Assembly: GCA_012026655.1 (NCBI GenBank)
Contig: JAAILG010000034.1
Span: forward strand, 1 to 64,000
DNA from: Hydrolagus affinis
Taxonomy: Eukaryota
Direction of reading: 5' to 3'
Length of the DNA: 64,000 nucleotides
The stretch's first letter is position 1. Each line of letters begins with the position of its first letter. Both the position numbers and the translations under genes were made by a program. This document shows positions 24,030-38,200 of this stretch, one piece after another. The notes under the pieces were generated by a model. That model saw nothing but the letters and a program-made list of their open reading frames with translations, had not been told where the DNA came from and did no database searches.

Positions 24030-24530
24030 TGGCTCAGCCGGAAGCACTTTCACCTCTGGGTCAGAAGGTTGGGGTCCAAGCCCCGAATCTTTCAATTTGT
24101 ATTGTGTAGAATAGGCTGACATTAGTGTTGTTGTGGGGCATGCTATATTCTGGGAGGTGCTGTGCTTTTTGCATGAGATGGTAAACCGAGATTTCATTGA
24201 CCTGTTCAGGTGGATGTTAAAGATCCATAGGAACTATTTGAAAAGAGAAGCAAGTTTGTGTGACCACCAATCTCCAAATAGAATATCCCAGGTAGCAAGC
24301 CCATGTGGGGCCAATATGGGTATGGATCAACCCAAGTTGTCCCATATGGGGCCCATATGGGCTTGCTACCTGGGATGTCATTCACTTCATGGCTGTTTCC
24401 TGCGCACAAATTGGCCATCGCATTTGCCTATGAAGCACAGTCATTACTCGCTACAGTAATATCCTGTGCAGTTCATTAAGATGCCCTCCTGACGTGAAAG
24501 GCTCTATATCATGTGGAAATATTATTATTG
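24030..24530 (+). mobile_element. near full-length older Deu-type SINE hosting a MITE
   Basis: Head GGCTCAGCCGGAAGCACTTTCACCTCTGGGTCAGAAGGTTGGGGTCCAAGCCCC; body GAGATGGTAAACCGAG; tail GACGTGAAAGGCTCTATATCATG..ATTATTATT. Confidence 0.8.
24287..24374. mobile_element. 88-bp MITE with CCC...GGG ends and 2-bp AT TSD (CMC/EnSpm-like)
   Basis: 34-bp TIRs, left CCCAGGTAGCAAGCCCATGTGGGGCCAATATGGG, matching the right end at 31/34; AT at 24285-86 and 24375-76. Confidence 0.85.
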
Positions 24531-27500
24531 TTTTCCACCCTTTATCCAAAACATGATTCTCTTGTGGCTTTTATTCAGTGAACAACTGGACCACATGAAA
24601 TAGGACGATCCCAATTTCATTCCCCAATCTAAAGCTATCTGATCTCAACAATGTTGGGTGGGGGATAATTACTCAAATTGGCAACAGTCCTAAAGGGGAA
24701 GGGATGGAAAAATTAGTCAAGATTCTGCTCCTGAACATTATTCAAAGATTCTTGCCGGAGGAGTGTATTTGGACAATGCCATTCACATAAGTGGTCTTGA
24801 CTGTGACACCCCCAACCTGCTGGCATTCACCATGTAGAAATGCCCATAAAACTCATCAGTTCAGTGAGGAGCAGGGGGCAATTTGCAATTGTGGAACTAT
24901 ATCTAAAAGGAACAAAAAATGAGTCAAATGCCTTCCAAAAAGCAGACAAGTGGATAGGTGGAAAATTAGCAAGTGGTAAACCATTCCTTTTACCTTGCCT
25001 TTCTGGATAGGATACTTTTAGATTGAACATCAGCAAATAACCCGAGCGTTTGCCTGTGATTTATGCTGTCAATATCTCTTCAGTGCTCAGCTGAGAGGAG
25101 TTGTGTTTCCAGAGGGCAAGGCAGATGGAGTGTCAGTTATTAACACAACTTGGATCTCTCTCTCTTTCCCCCCTCCCAGGGTTGGGTTGAGACATGACTA
25201 AACTTATCACACAGAATAGCTGCGGGTTCTAGTACATTATCAGTCATTGCTGGGACTTCAAGATATGCAAAGCAGCAGTCTTCACTATATTGCTGTGTTG
25301 GGCCACCTTCAAAACTGACCTCGTCAGCAACAAAATCCGTCTGGTTATTGAAAGGCTTGTATCTAAAAAATCAGGAAAGGTTCCTCCATTCTAATCTGAT
25401 GCAGATCTGTTTAAAGTTTGAATAATGGAATAAGCAAAGGGAAGAAAAGAGCTCCCAAACAAAACTTTTGAAACAGACTTTATCTGTTCAACCACCAGAC
25501 TCCAGAGACAGCTAGCGGAACCCACAGATTCCACAAGATAAACAAAATATTCATACTACATGTTCTAGAAAATAGTGAACTACTCTATAAATAATAGAAT
25601 AAACTGCAAAATCCCAATGAGAACCACAACTAGGTCTTAAATTACTCCCTCGACTTTGCCCCATAACATGTCATCGCCTGTACCATTTGAATGTCCTCTG
25701 ACCTCACTTGCTTAATTCAATGGTTAGGAAAATGTTTTCAAATGGACCAAAATGCCCACAGCCGTGGTAGATTTTGATGCCAGACCTGTCACTTCTGCAG
25801 ATCATATCTGTCCAACAAAATCATCCCCTGGACAGATACCCAAACTTGCAGGACACATGCTACTCATTTACAAAAAGTTTGTTAGTTTACAAATACATCA
25901 TCACTACACTTTACAGCATATCTCATGAAGTGATTTGATCAAATACGAAAGGTAGCATATCAAAGAATTATTATTAGCCTTATTATCGCTCATCAACAAT
26001 GCAAATCTGATGAGCAGCACCAATTTATTTCTGTCCATGCATGATTGGGAGATTTTCTAAATACCTGCATCAATTCTTTCCATTAACACAGACTATCTTA
26101 CAAGCTATTTTGAAGTAGATTACTGTTGCATGGGCTCATAGGGTTAGGGTCAGGAATAGGGCTCATAAGATTTGATATGTGTTCCATAATAATGACCAAA
26201 ATCAACCCTGTGAACATAACTCTGTTGTACCCTCAAGCTACTGTAAAATGTGGATTAGAAATTCAAAAATCATTCCTCTGATCATTGTGGTACTCCTACA
26301 ATGTGTCTACAAGTGGGATCTTCCAATAAGCTGCTAAGATTCTCCAGTCCAACAAGAAAATTGTGCTGCCTAAACATTTCAATCCACTGTCTATTGCCCA
26401 TTGTGCCATGTTACAGAAAGGTACAAGATCTACCCTACTGTTTATACAGTTTCTAAAAAGAGTATTCTATCATATTGAGGCTAAGTCAAAGGAAACCTGT
26501 ATTGGTAGCACAGCCTTGTTTAACCACACATCTTTGAAATCCCTGGAAGCTTTCTCAGATGAAATTTTTTAAAAATGTAACTTTTTTGCTGCACAGTTAA
26601 TCTCCTAACAATAGTCTTCATAATCATAGCAAGTGATATTTTGCATTTCTATACTGCATTTCTTCAAATGATAGTTAAAACACCTGAGGTGCACGACAGG
26701 ATGAAAGACCATTGCAGGATGAGTGAGTGTTAGCAAGCATTTTTAGATAGATATTTGGTATATTCATGCCTAGGGGGACAGATTGCAGAGTAACAGGCAG
26801 CAGTAAAGAGCATAAAGCACCTTTCACTAAATACTTTCTCTCCCTGGTGGGCATCATAGTCAGTCAACCGTAGATAATATTAGAAATACAAACTTTGAGC
26901 GTGTGTCTTGAGAGTGAAAGAAATATCAGGTTTCCATGGGCCTGTGATCACAAGTGCAAGAGATGATACTGCACCACATGACATTGAACTTTAATTGTAT
27001 TTTTGGAATGGAAGTATTCAAACAATTAGAGAGTTGAAGACAAATGTCATTCTGATCCTAGTTTGTGCTAATCGAATAGCCTTTGAGGTATTTAGGTTTG
27101 AACTTCCATCTGTCCCATGGATTTCGAAATTTTAGTCATTGGAAGTTGTTACGGTAAGCAAAATAACCAACATTACACAGGTGAAGATTGCTAGTCAAAT
27201 ATATCCTCTACCCTAGAAAATGAAACAATGGACCATCATTCATGGATGCAAATTGCAATTGTATCTAACGTTGGATTCAACAAACAACTTGCATTTATAT
27301 AGCGCCCTTCACTCGGGGTAACATCCCAGAGCTCTTCAGTGAAAGAATTTGAATTGTTGTCATGCCAAAAGATCTCAAACACTTTACAGGTAGTTATAAC
27401 CAAAAGTCGTGATTATGTGCAGAAGCAACATATCACAAACATGAGATCGAATCAACTGCGGACTTCCCTACCACCTCCTAAGTGAGGCACCATGTCCCCA

Positions 27501-27809
27501 GGTGTTTGAAACGTTCATCCATATTGAAATAATTGCCTGGATCAACTTGGTCAATCCTATGGTGAACTTAAAAACTTCTATCACATCAAATAAGAGCAGC
27601 CCAGCTTTCTTAAACTTTCTTTGTGAGTGCGGTTTTTAAGATCTGTAAAGTAAACAAAAATAAAGAATCTGGCCTCCCTCAATGGATCAATGTGCAAAAT
27701 CACTGTTCAGTGTGAAACTGGGAGGAAAAACATGGGCAGTGCCCAAAGTTTGTTCTCCAGACTGTATTCTAAGTTAGCTGATAATTATAATAATCCTGGC
27801 ATCCGATAT

Positions 27810-28015
27810 AATAATAATAATAATCCTTCCATTTGATACAGTACTTTTCAAGTCTTCTAGATATCTCAAAGCACTTCACAGAATATACACTAAAGTGAAT
27901 TGACTGTATATTTGTGGGAAAAACGTGGTAGCCAATTGCACACAGCAGTGTCCCACAAACAGTCGTGGATTGAATGACTAGGTTATTACTTTTTTTCTTG
28001 AGGAAATATTATCAG
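27810..28015 (-). mobile_element. SINE 3' half
   Basis: (AAT)n CCTTCCATTTGATA...CTCAAAGCACTTCACAGAATATA...GTGTCCCACAAACAGTCGTGGATTG. Confidence 0.85.
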
Positions 28016-28609
28016 TGGACACAGATACAGAAGCCAAATTCCTCAATTACAATAGCAGAAAAATTGTCTAACTGAAATATGTAATGGTATTTATATAAAG
28101 GTACAATCACACGATTCAGTTCTTTAAACTGAAGAAAATGTACATGGTAAAAATCTGCAACCAAACCCCCCAAAAATTCCTACTGTAACTTCTTAAATTA
28201 ATATTTAATGCATTATAATCCCAGGTAGATAATATTACATCCAACTCCATTTAAATGACAAAATACTAGTTTCCTATGTTGCAGTTAGCGTTTGCATATT
28301 TTTGTGAGGGTGAAATACACAGCAAGTTAAATGCAAAAGCCTGTTGTGTGTTTCAACTGAGGATCAACCAGTTTGAATTGTTCTTCATAAGTACTGTTTA
28401 AACCTCCGATATAGCTCCTTATCAAGTCGTCGAGACGACTCAAAGCACTTCACAGAATACACTGCAAAGTGTAGTGACTGTATATTTTGTGGGTGAAATC
28501 AAGCTGATCTCAATCAAGTGGGTGTGGTAATACTATAATTGAATCCATAATCCCTCAACTACTGTACGTGTTTGTATATGTTTGTATGTATGTGAGAGAG
28601 AATGAGCAT

Positions 28610-28640
28610 GTTGTGTGTGTGAGAGAGAGAGAGAGAGATA
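28610..28640. repeat. (GT)/(GA)n microsatellite
   Basis: GTGTGTGTGAGAGAGAGAGAGAGAGA. Confidence 0.9.
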
Positions 28641-29389
28641 CAGAAAAAGGCGATGACAGAATCAGTCTTCATTGTCAAAACCTCTGTCAGCACTCACCAT
28701 TTAAGTTCACACATGAAGAAAGGAGACTTGGGCAATGCATTAAAAAGTGGCCGATGCTGTGGAATATAAGTGGGTGATCTGCAATAACCAGTTTGCCCCA
28801 CTTTCTTTTGGCACAGGTGTGGAACTGGTCAGCTTACGTAAACACCTTCAGATGAGGAGCGGAAGGGGAAAAAAACACCGCACTTCTTGTGAAATTAATC
28901 AAAATATCTGTTTTAAAGCCATTCGGGTTCCTGGCGTGTTTCAGTGAGCCACAGATATCCCCAGTTCAGACATTCTGCTTCACCATATTGCAGATTGACA
29001 AATCATGAGTTCAGAAACCTATGATCAAAACTGAATTTATATGTACTTTGGTTTAACGACCACTCCCCCCTACCACCCCACCCCCCCCCACACACACACA
29101 CACACATTATATTATCAACATTTTAAGATTTTATTCAATAATGAAACACACAGGATAATCAGCCACTTCCCAAATTCATCCGAACTTTGGAACATACACC
29201 AACACAAGTTTGTTAACAATTAGCCTCGGGTATTAATGCACAAAATAAAAGGGGGCAAACTGGTTATTGCAGGTCACCTATTTCTGATCCTCACTGACAT
29301 TTGCATATTGCGGTGAAGACGGCTCTTTAATAAATGTAGTCGTTTTTAAACAGTGCCATGTTGGGATTTTAAAAAAAAATAAAAAAAAC

Positions 29390-29412
29390 ATACACACACA
29401 CACACACACACA
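29390..29412. repeat. (CA)n microsatellite
   Basis: Uninterrupted CA run. Confidence 0.9.
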
Positions 29413-31229
29413 GGAAAGCAACCAATTCATTTCTACAGCATGAGGGATGTGTGGCCTCGTGTGAGAAGAGAACATGCCTAAGTTATTACCGCAGGAAAGC
29501 AATCTGTCAAAGCTGGCCCTTCTTGGCATGGTGAATACCACTGGTGAGATCAGAGAGTCAGACTCTGCTTGCAATTACTGCAAAGGACCTTGGATACAGG
29601 CAGTCTGCTATCAATTATTTTACTGGCCCCAGACTTCTGGACCTGTCAAATTCGCAGTGTCTTCGGCGCGGTAACAATAAGAAAAAGGCCCTTACATAAA
29701 AACTTGTGGAAGGCAACTTATATGTTTATGCTGTCCCAAGTGTCATTTGCATGAACATTTCAATTGAATCTTGAACTTCATCTCGGACTCTCTCAGCTTT
29801 TTCTGTTCACACAAGCAAGTCTTTATTAAACGTTTGCGTACAATACATTTCTTATTCTAACTTCTGAAAGCATTTTTCAGATGAAAATTAAAGTTTTAAC
29901 TTGAACCCTAAGGCCTTCTTCTCCCGAATGTTTCAATAGATTCAGTCATGCAGGGAGAAGATGTTTTAAAGTAACCAGTGGCTCTTGTTTAAAATGTACG
30001 AAAACACAGATTGTCAGAATCTTTTGTGCAGAGCTTACTACATAAACCCATTCTGCTCACTACAATTGTGACCCCATTCTTTAAAATTCACCGGGTCCTT
30101 TCAACAGAAAACCCTTTTCTCTTTTTTGGGGGGAAGGATTATCATCCGATTTCCTCTTAAGTAAAGGAGATTTAACGACCAGCTGCAAAAACTGACAGAT
30201 GAAGAAAAAAAAGTTTAGTCACCATATTTATTAGGATTGGGCTGGCTTCTGTCAGGATCATTTTTCTTCCACACACTAATTAATAACATTAACCACTACC
30301 CCCAGGCTCCAGGCCTGTCTCCTCTTCCATGTGTCAGAAACAAGATTTGACAGTTCAAGGCAAAAACGATTTGCATGTAAATCTTGATCAAAAGCAAGCC
30401 AGTGCTCTGAAGTCATCAAGTCTTGCTACAAATCTGACACATACACTTGAACCAGCTTTGGCAAAACTAGGTTTGGATGGGAGACTGAATAAACAGGCTG
30501 CGTTCACAACACAGCAGTCAGGACTAATGTTGGTGAAAGCAACTAAAATTCCATGGGTTTTTTTTCGATACTTTTGAAGGATTTATTATTATCAAGACAA
30601 GTAAAAAATAAAAAGATTTCAAAAGGAAATAAACCAAAGAGCACAACGTAATATTCGGGGTGATTTGTGCCTTAGTCAAACGCAGTACACGCCAAGTGTC
30701 TTTCGGCTTGCATTTTGTTGTTACTTGTCTCCACGTCCATTCAACCGTGCATATTGCTGTTGATGAGTTTGTAACAATGAAGTGTCTAGTGAAGTCGGAT
30801 GTGTACTTCTATTCTTAAGAAATAAATATTCAATACGAAAAAAAATAACTGAAAGTAATGTGACCACTTCCATCAACTGCATCATTTTCTTAAAAAATAG
30901 TGCAAATAAATGTTTCTGAGCTAGGTGAAGCAATCCATTTAATGTGATAAATTGCACAGTGCAGTACTATTATTAATTTTAATGTAGTAACAGCACTGTG
31001 TAAAAAAATGTCACACAAGAGCATACTCTAGAGCATTTTAATAGTTTCACTATTTGAGAGGGCACCATAAACATGTTATATCAGAGGTCATGATGTGTCA
31101 GTGTATAATACTGTGGGGGTGCTGGATTATAAATCTGGTACTTCAGCTTTGTAGAACTTCTATCCCATCTGAAGGAATGAATGGCATGGTCTATTTGCGG
31201 ATGATCACAGGACCCTGTCTCTACAGGTC

Positions 31230-31690
31230 GCCTGTTACCATTAATCACTGAGCAGCTGGCTTCTCTGACACTGCTTCTATTCATTAACTGGGCCTTTAAT
31301 GTGGCCATCATAATTACGTTAAATGATCACTGAACACTGTTATCCCCTTCATAGAAAGGCTCAATTCGAGATCTGTCAGTCTAGCAGCTTGACTTACTCC
31401 AGGAAGACTCAAAAGCCCTGCATTATTTTTCATTTACGCAATGCATTTGAAATCTGAACATCCATCCCCACTCCAACTTAAACCAACCTAAATCAGATTT
31501 ACAACAACTGTCAAAGATGCGGATGACAGATAAATTAATCTTCCCTTCATGAGTTTACATCCTAGGCATCTGGACTGCTGATCTGGCCCTAACAAGCATA
31601 GCGTATCTATAAGCTATAGTTTAAAGCTGATGTTTTCACGGCTGGAGATGAATTACCCTGTCATGTGCATCTATTTATTCAGTGGGTGTG
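31230..31690. promoter_or_regulatory. putative enhancer
   Basis: TGATTAATGG on minus (31238-47); CAGCTG E-box; Meis-type CTGTCA/TGACAG at 31373, 31508, 31524, 31658; no recognisable repeat. Confidence 0.35.
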
Positions 31691-32159
31691 GCTCTGGCTT
31701 TTGGACATGATGAATTTGTTCGCTGAAGTCTCCATAAAGCTCTTTTTTTAACCTTGTATCAATCTCAAGTATGTAAATTTAGTATGACAAATTTTCATGG
31801 AAGTACAGAAACATTTCTTTGAGACTCTAACAAAAGCCCTCAAGCCTCAGATTGTTTGAACAAATAGAGTTTAAGCTTACTTATGAAATGATACAAGATC
31901 ACAAGGCGCATTCAACATCGAATTATAACCACAAAATGCAAAGAGAAGATTTGCAAGATATATTTTAAATATTTAAGAAATAAACTGCATACTCTCCTCC
32001 CAACCCTCAAACCAAATTTCACAGAGGTTGAATATTTTAATTCTACCATTCTGATTTCCGTTTAATCCTTGAAAACGTAAACGAGTAAAATTAATTTACC
32101 TGCTGTAGACATTTTTTAGACATATTGAATTGTAAGTAATACTATACTACATGCATTGC

Positions 32160-32650
32160 TCACTCCACCTCACCAAGCCAGTCAAGAACTTCGGCAATGC
32201 TCAAGTTTGACCCTCAAGTGTCCTCTCTCCTTCACATCCGTGTCATGACCCCCTCTGCCTTCTCCCACCTCCGCAGCATTGCCCAACTCCACCACTGCCT
32301 CTCCTCTTAGGCTGCCCAAACCCTCATATCTGCCTTCATTACAACCAGGCTCGTCTATGCCAACATTCTGCTTGTTTGCATTCCCAACTCTTTCCTCCAC
32401 AAGTTGCACATCATCCGGAACTCTACACCTCATGTCCTCTCCTGTATCAGGCTCCGTGACTCCATCACACCCACCCTCGCCCAGCTGCACTGACTCCCCA
32501 TCCTTCAGATGATGGAGTTCAAAATTCTCGTCTTCAACTTCAAGGCCCTCCATGTCCTTGCCCCATTGTACCTCTCTGGCCTGCTAACCGCTTGCCAATC
32601 TGTCCGCTGCTACTGCTCAGCAGGCTCCATGTTTTCCGCCCGGCCCGCCA
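32160..32650 (+). mobile_element. L2 LINE ORF2 post-RT fragment
   Basis: Decayed frame AFSHLRSIAQL...AAQTLISAFITTRLVYANILL...ITPTLAQLH*LP...FKILV..FKALHVLAPLYL. Confidence 0.88.
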
Positions 32651-32664
32651 AACGATCAGCAAAC

Positions 32665-32897
32665 TATAATATGAATTGACTTTATATATGTGGGCAAACC
32701 GCAGCAGCCAATTGCGCACAGCAGTGTCCCACAAATAGTTGTGGATTGAAATGACCAATTCATTATTGTATTGTTCAAGGGATTATTATCAGTCGTGTAG
32801 GGTAAGGAAACTTGCCCAAGGTGTCACCCTGCCTGGAATTAAACCCATGTCTCTCGCTTGCAAGATGAATGCTCTAACACTGAGCTACAGAACTCCA
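32665..32897 (-). mobile_element. tRNA-derived SINE lacking its tail
   Basis: Minus strand GGAGTTCTGTAGCTCAGTGTTAGAGCA...GGGTTTAATTCCAGGCAGGG; same family as 11521-11829. Confidence 0.85.
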
Positions 32898-33650
32898 CTG
32901 TTGTGTATATTAGGTGAACAATTAAAGAACTTTTAATTTGTCTAGTAGAAACACCTCAAAGTGGCATTCACAGATAATTACTGTCAAGTGTAGTAACTGT
33001 TTGATGGATAACCCATCAGTATGAATGTAAAATGCATTGCAAAGCACCAATATGAGACAATCATTTGGCCTCACCTATTCTATCACCCTGTTCTACTGTG
33101 TGAAGAAATCAAGTTTCGCTATTAACTATTACTTCACATTGGATTCCTTTGATTGGAGTTAACAGCAGTTAACGACTAATGCAGAACATTCAACTTCCCG
33201 ACTGGGACACATGTTAATATTTAAATTTAATTGCACTTTCCCAAAGTATATGTGGTGCAGAATTGTGCAATAATAAGAATGTTTTGTGAAATTTTGCCGT
33301 TGAACAGCAAGGGATAATATTTCAGCTTGCCAGCTTCACCAGAACAGACATGTTCTCGCTCAGATTGAGTGCAATTGCGCTTCATCATCGTTGGCAAGGG
33401 AAATGTCTTAAAAAGGCTAACCCAGTCAGGGGAGCTCTGCCTGAGGTGCCATCCTTCAGATGAGGAGTTAAACCAAGGTCCCATTTCCCATTTCAGGTGG
33501 ACGTTTCATGGCACCACTTGAAAGGAGAAGGGCCTTTCCCTGGCCAATCCCCCCAATAACAAAGTTTCATTCACTTCACACCTGTTTGCTGGATACAAAT
33601 ATAATTTTGTTGCTGCATTCGCCTACAAATAGAGTCACAACCCTCTACTG

Positions 33651-33877
33651 AAGTGATTGCCAAACCGTTGCCTGAGGGCCACACTTGGCCAACGGCGCAC
33701 ATCAAGAATTATCTCGCTGGAAACATGCATCAGTCCAGGCAAGTCCGGGTCAAATCAATACCTTGTTTTCAGTGGCTTCCGAGTCTTGATACCTACGCAA
33801 GGCCGGTAATAAATGAAGAAATATTCCATAAATAAAAATTTATTTGGTTGGTTAACCATAATGTTTAGTGACCACTG
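33651..33877. mobile_element. hAT-Charlie-like MITE inside a SINE (SINE ~33420-33650 and ~33890-33980)
   Basis: Imperfect TIRs AAGTGATTGCCAAAC / CAGTGGTCACTAAAC (reverse complement of right end); 8-bp flanks CTCTACTG / TTCTATAG; internal GAGGGCCACA. Confidence 0.6.
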
Positions 33878-34879
33878 TTCTATAGTAATTATCATATATG
33901 TTACTTACCTATAGTAAGTGCTTGAGGTGTTTTAATGACATGCTAAGACACTATATTAAATGCAAGGATAATTATAATTATTACAATTAACCACTATAAC
34001 CTGAAAGTTGCAATCATATTTAAAAATGGAGAAAAAGTAAACTGGTCTGACTTGGGGGAAACTGATAAACATGATATAGTTCCACTCAGAATATATACAG
34101 TTAACTCACTTTACAGTACATTCTGTAAAGCGCTTTGAGATGAAGACAGTGTTGAATGTGTTGAAGACACAATAAGGTGCTATATCAAATGCAAGGATCA
34201 TGGCAGTACAATCTGCAAGTGTTTTCATATTGTGCCATAGATTCTATGCAAGCTCTAACTTCTATAGTTTTGATAATGAGCACAGTTCCACTTAGAGGTA
34301 GATCAAACAAGAACAGTTATCTAAAATCTATTAACTGAAAGCTTTTCATGAGTTTCTGGCCAGTTTATTGAACTTTGGAGATTCAATAACCAATAAAGGA
34401 GGTTGTTTATTTCAACATAATGGACCAAGGTAATATGTTATTAAAAAAAAATCTCGTCTCTTCATTATTCTCTGATTCGTCTCGCTTGTAGACATGCTGC
34501 CATTTGGGAAATAGGGATAGAAATAAACTACTTTAGCATGGCTGTGTGCAACACTTGGCAACCACAGAGGTTTGTTGCTTGTAATTGAAACAGTTGTTCT
34601 GTGTATGCTTTCAAAATTATTAACCCATAACATTTTTTAATACACATCAGTCACATGTTTATTTCACAGAGATTTTAGTTTCATTTCTTTTGAACTATTC
34701 TTTGCTGTGCATGTGTTTAGCACATGTTAAAATGAAAAGACAAAAGAATTGCAAACTTTGCTTTTAAATAATCCATCTTAAATTCACTAAAAGCTTTTAG
34801 CAGCTCCCAATATGTTCAGCAACTTGAATGAGGTGAGACACTACATTATGTAGACAAGATGTCTTCATTGTTTGAATAT

Positions 34880-35225
34880 AATGAAAGTGGTATCTCACAG
34901 ATTGTGAGTTAAAACACCTGGTCCGTTCACATCTGGGACTCGAGTTTGAATCCTGCATGACAGATGGGATGAAAATCCCATCTCATCTCTGCCTCACTTG
35001 AAAGAGGATGAAGCACATTGACCTTGGGTATAATGAATACAGTTCTGATCGAGTGCAAATCAACAACACAAATCTGCTCATACTCGAGCCTTTATGGATA
35101 AATGTGCGGATGCTAAGAACCAACATTAAATTTTCCATCAGCAATGAACTAGCAAATCTCAACCTGAGCAATGTTGGCATCTAAAGGTATTCCCTTTCCA
35201 CCGTGAGGGGGAAGAGAAAGTAACT
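34880..35225 (+). mobile_element. old tRNA-headed SINE of another family
   Basis: TTCACATCTGGGACTCGAGTTTGAATCC (B-box-like) followed by a distinct body; weak relatives at ~13850 and ~22850. Confidence 0.4.
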
Positions 35226-38200
35226 CAGCCCCAGTTCCCAATTTTGATTTAGTGACCTGAGCTAATGAATGGTTTCAATGCTGTGATTCTTGGAGTGGGA
35301 TTAAAAATCTTTTCTCATTTTATTGGAGGTGGAAATCTTAACTATGTTGGGCAGCACCAGCGGTTGAGGCAAGAAAAGTGAGTCAGGGCTCAGAAGATCA
35401 CATCAGCATTACCTTTGATTCACCAAGAAGAGCCATTTGAGGAAATAGCTGGAACAATCTGGCTGTTGAGTTTGCCTACAACATACACAGTCACCACAGT
35501 TTACAGTACAAGGTTTAAAGTGTTTTTAGATATCAAATGCAAGGATTGCTGATTTTTCCTGAAGATCCAAATCCTGCTCAGCTGGAAATAGAACTCCTGG
35601 TATCTCAAAACATATTGAAATACCTTCACCAACACATGCGGGTAAATAAAACCGAGGAAACAAATCTGCATGGCTAAAATACATAGGTTTGCACAGAGAG
35701 AATGGACCATATTCATTTAAGTCAGCCCGGTATTCGTTGACCTTGATTGATGGTGCGCTACAGGCAATAGAGGTGCTAAGAGATGCTATGGTCTAGAAAA
35801 GGATTTTCATTACAAAGCTTCATGCTCAATTGCTTGCCTGTTACAGTACTCTTCCAATCATAATCTACCTATCACATCAGTATTAACAATGTATTTAAAA
35901 TCTTCCAATTCCTCCAGCAATGTGTTTTTAAGTATAATGTAGCTGGGTAAATTGTTTCACGCTTTTCTACTCTTATTGCAAAATTTTGTTCAAAATGACT
36001 CAGATGTTTTTGCTTCAATAATTATGTCTAATTTTAAACCTAATGTGTTTTATCCACAGCATACATTATACAGTACAAACCCAACCTAAGCTGATAGGCA
36101 AATATATAGTGTAGGACTGACCAACTAATTATGGCTAAATGCATTTTTTTTTTAAAACTTAACATACATTACTTCTGATAAAATAGGAAAAGTTAATTAT
36201 GAAACAATCCTCTTAACCTTACGAGAAATATCCCATTGTGCAAAATCAAGACATTCCCCCCTGCTTCTCCAGGCCAAAGTGGGCTTAAGTTAATGCCATT
36301 AACATCAATACATAGAGCAATAAAAACAAAAGAATTCTCACACACCAAGATAAATCACTGCAAGAGAGGATTCGTAAACTAAAAGTGTCTCAGTGAAACC
36401 GTCCCCAGGGAAAGCAAACTTGTTTTCTTCTGTAAGACAGCAAAAGATTAACGATCTCGCTCTCTCTGAACCCACACAACTTCAGTAACTGTTGAGGAGT
36501 TTTCTATATTTCAGAGAACGTAAAATTATAATAAATGAACCTTTCGTCAAAAAAAAGTCATGTTGTGAGTTGTATCATATAATGTTCACTGGAGTGTGGT
36601 TCAGTTGAAGAGGGTAGGTTTTAAAAGTTACTAGATCTCCAGCACTTCTGACAACTTCATAAAAAAATGTGTTTTAAATAATTTCACTTTCTTTGAAGGT
36701 CTGAAAATCTTACAAATGAGAGGGACAGATCTCATCACACAGGCTCTTGTTATAGTTTTTAAAAAGGACTAAATTACAATTAGTGCACTTTTTTTACTTT
36801 CTGAATAGCATTGATGTAAATACTGAGCAATGGTTGAAATGAATGTGAGGAGCTACTGAATCCAACAGAATCCGAACGCACACATGTGATTAAACTGATG
36901 CGGTTATTGAACTGCCCCAGTTTAAATGGTCATCTCATAATCTGGCTCATTTATTCAGTTCTCTTTTAGGGCTCTTTTATCTCATTATTATCAATTATTA
37001 TCAATTCTTCAAATGTGCTATTCTGAAAAAGATTACAGTCCTAATTATTTTTGTACATGGTGTACATTTTGTCTTCGAGCAAATGGAAGTGCACTACAAA
37101 ATACCAAACTGCTACTTCTGCAGTACAGATATTAACTGCATATCAGCACTACAATAATAAAATATTACCCTGGGGTTAGAGATATGACAAAAAAAAAAGG
37201 CAGTGGACATTATTGAGCACATTCCACATCCCTTCTAAACCCATTGTACCAGTTATAATCTGAAAACTGCACTTGCTGGTTATTTTATTACACCTGTGGG
37301 TGAAATTCCATTAAGCAAAATTCACAGGAAACTTTCAAATACAAGCTGAATAGAAAAGTATTAATAAATGGAACTGGTCTGAAACGAGGTCTGCTATTCC
37401 ATTCTGTTTCCCCATGTTTGCCCTTATTTTCACTGTTTTCACTTCCTCTCTCCAATTTTAAAGGACTGTAAAACTTAAATGTGCAAGTTTTTTCTTCTTC
37501 TTTTCATTCCCCTGCGCTTCTTGTGACACGGTCACAAAGAGTTACATCTTGAAAATAATATGCATAGAATAATCCTTGCAATTGATTATCGTGTCTACGA
37601 GACGTCCCAAAGCGCTTTACAGGATTTGCTGTAAAGTGGTGTGACTGTGGTATATAGTGTGGTCTTCGTAATTGTGTTTTAAAAAAAGATTCCCAAAGCT
37701 GTGTCTCTGGTGACTGAAACATTACAATTCTCAAACCAAACACAGAGGGCTTCCCACTCCCTGCCAGCTCCTGATAAATTAATAGGGTAAAAGCTACAAA
37801 TGGTTTCACTGCTCAATCAATGTCACCTACCGATCTGAAGAGCACTCAGTGCTCACCCAGTCCGAGTGACTGGGTTTTAAAAAATCTCGCACTGCTCACG
37901 TCTTATACATTTAACATAAATGACAGTTATTTGCTGCTCCACCACACTCTGGAGTGGGGTTAAAAAGCTAGAAGAAAAAATTACCAGTCGTCTCCCTTGT
38001 ACATTTTGAGCGCTCAGACATCTAAAGCCCAATTATAAGTAAGACTTTGGAGCATTAGTGGAAATTCAAGCCACAATCCTGCAGGCTTTTTTTTTGAAGC
38101 AACACATTTCTGATGGTATTACAGCACAGCCATTCTATGCTGTTAAAGAGTTCAACTTCTTTGTTATTTTCTCTTTTTTTGTTCTGACTCAAACTGAAGT

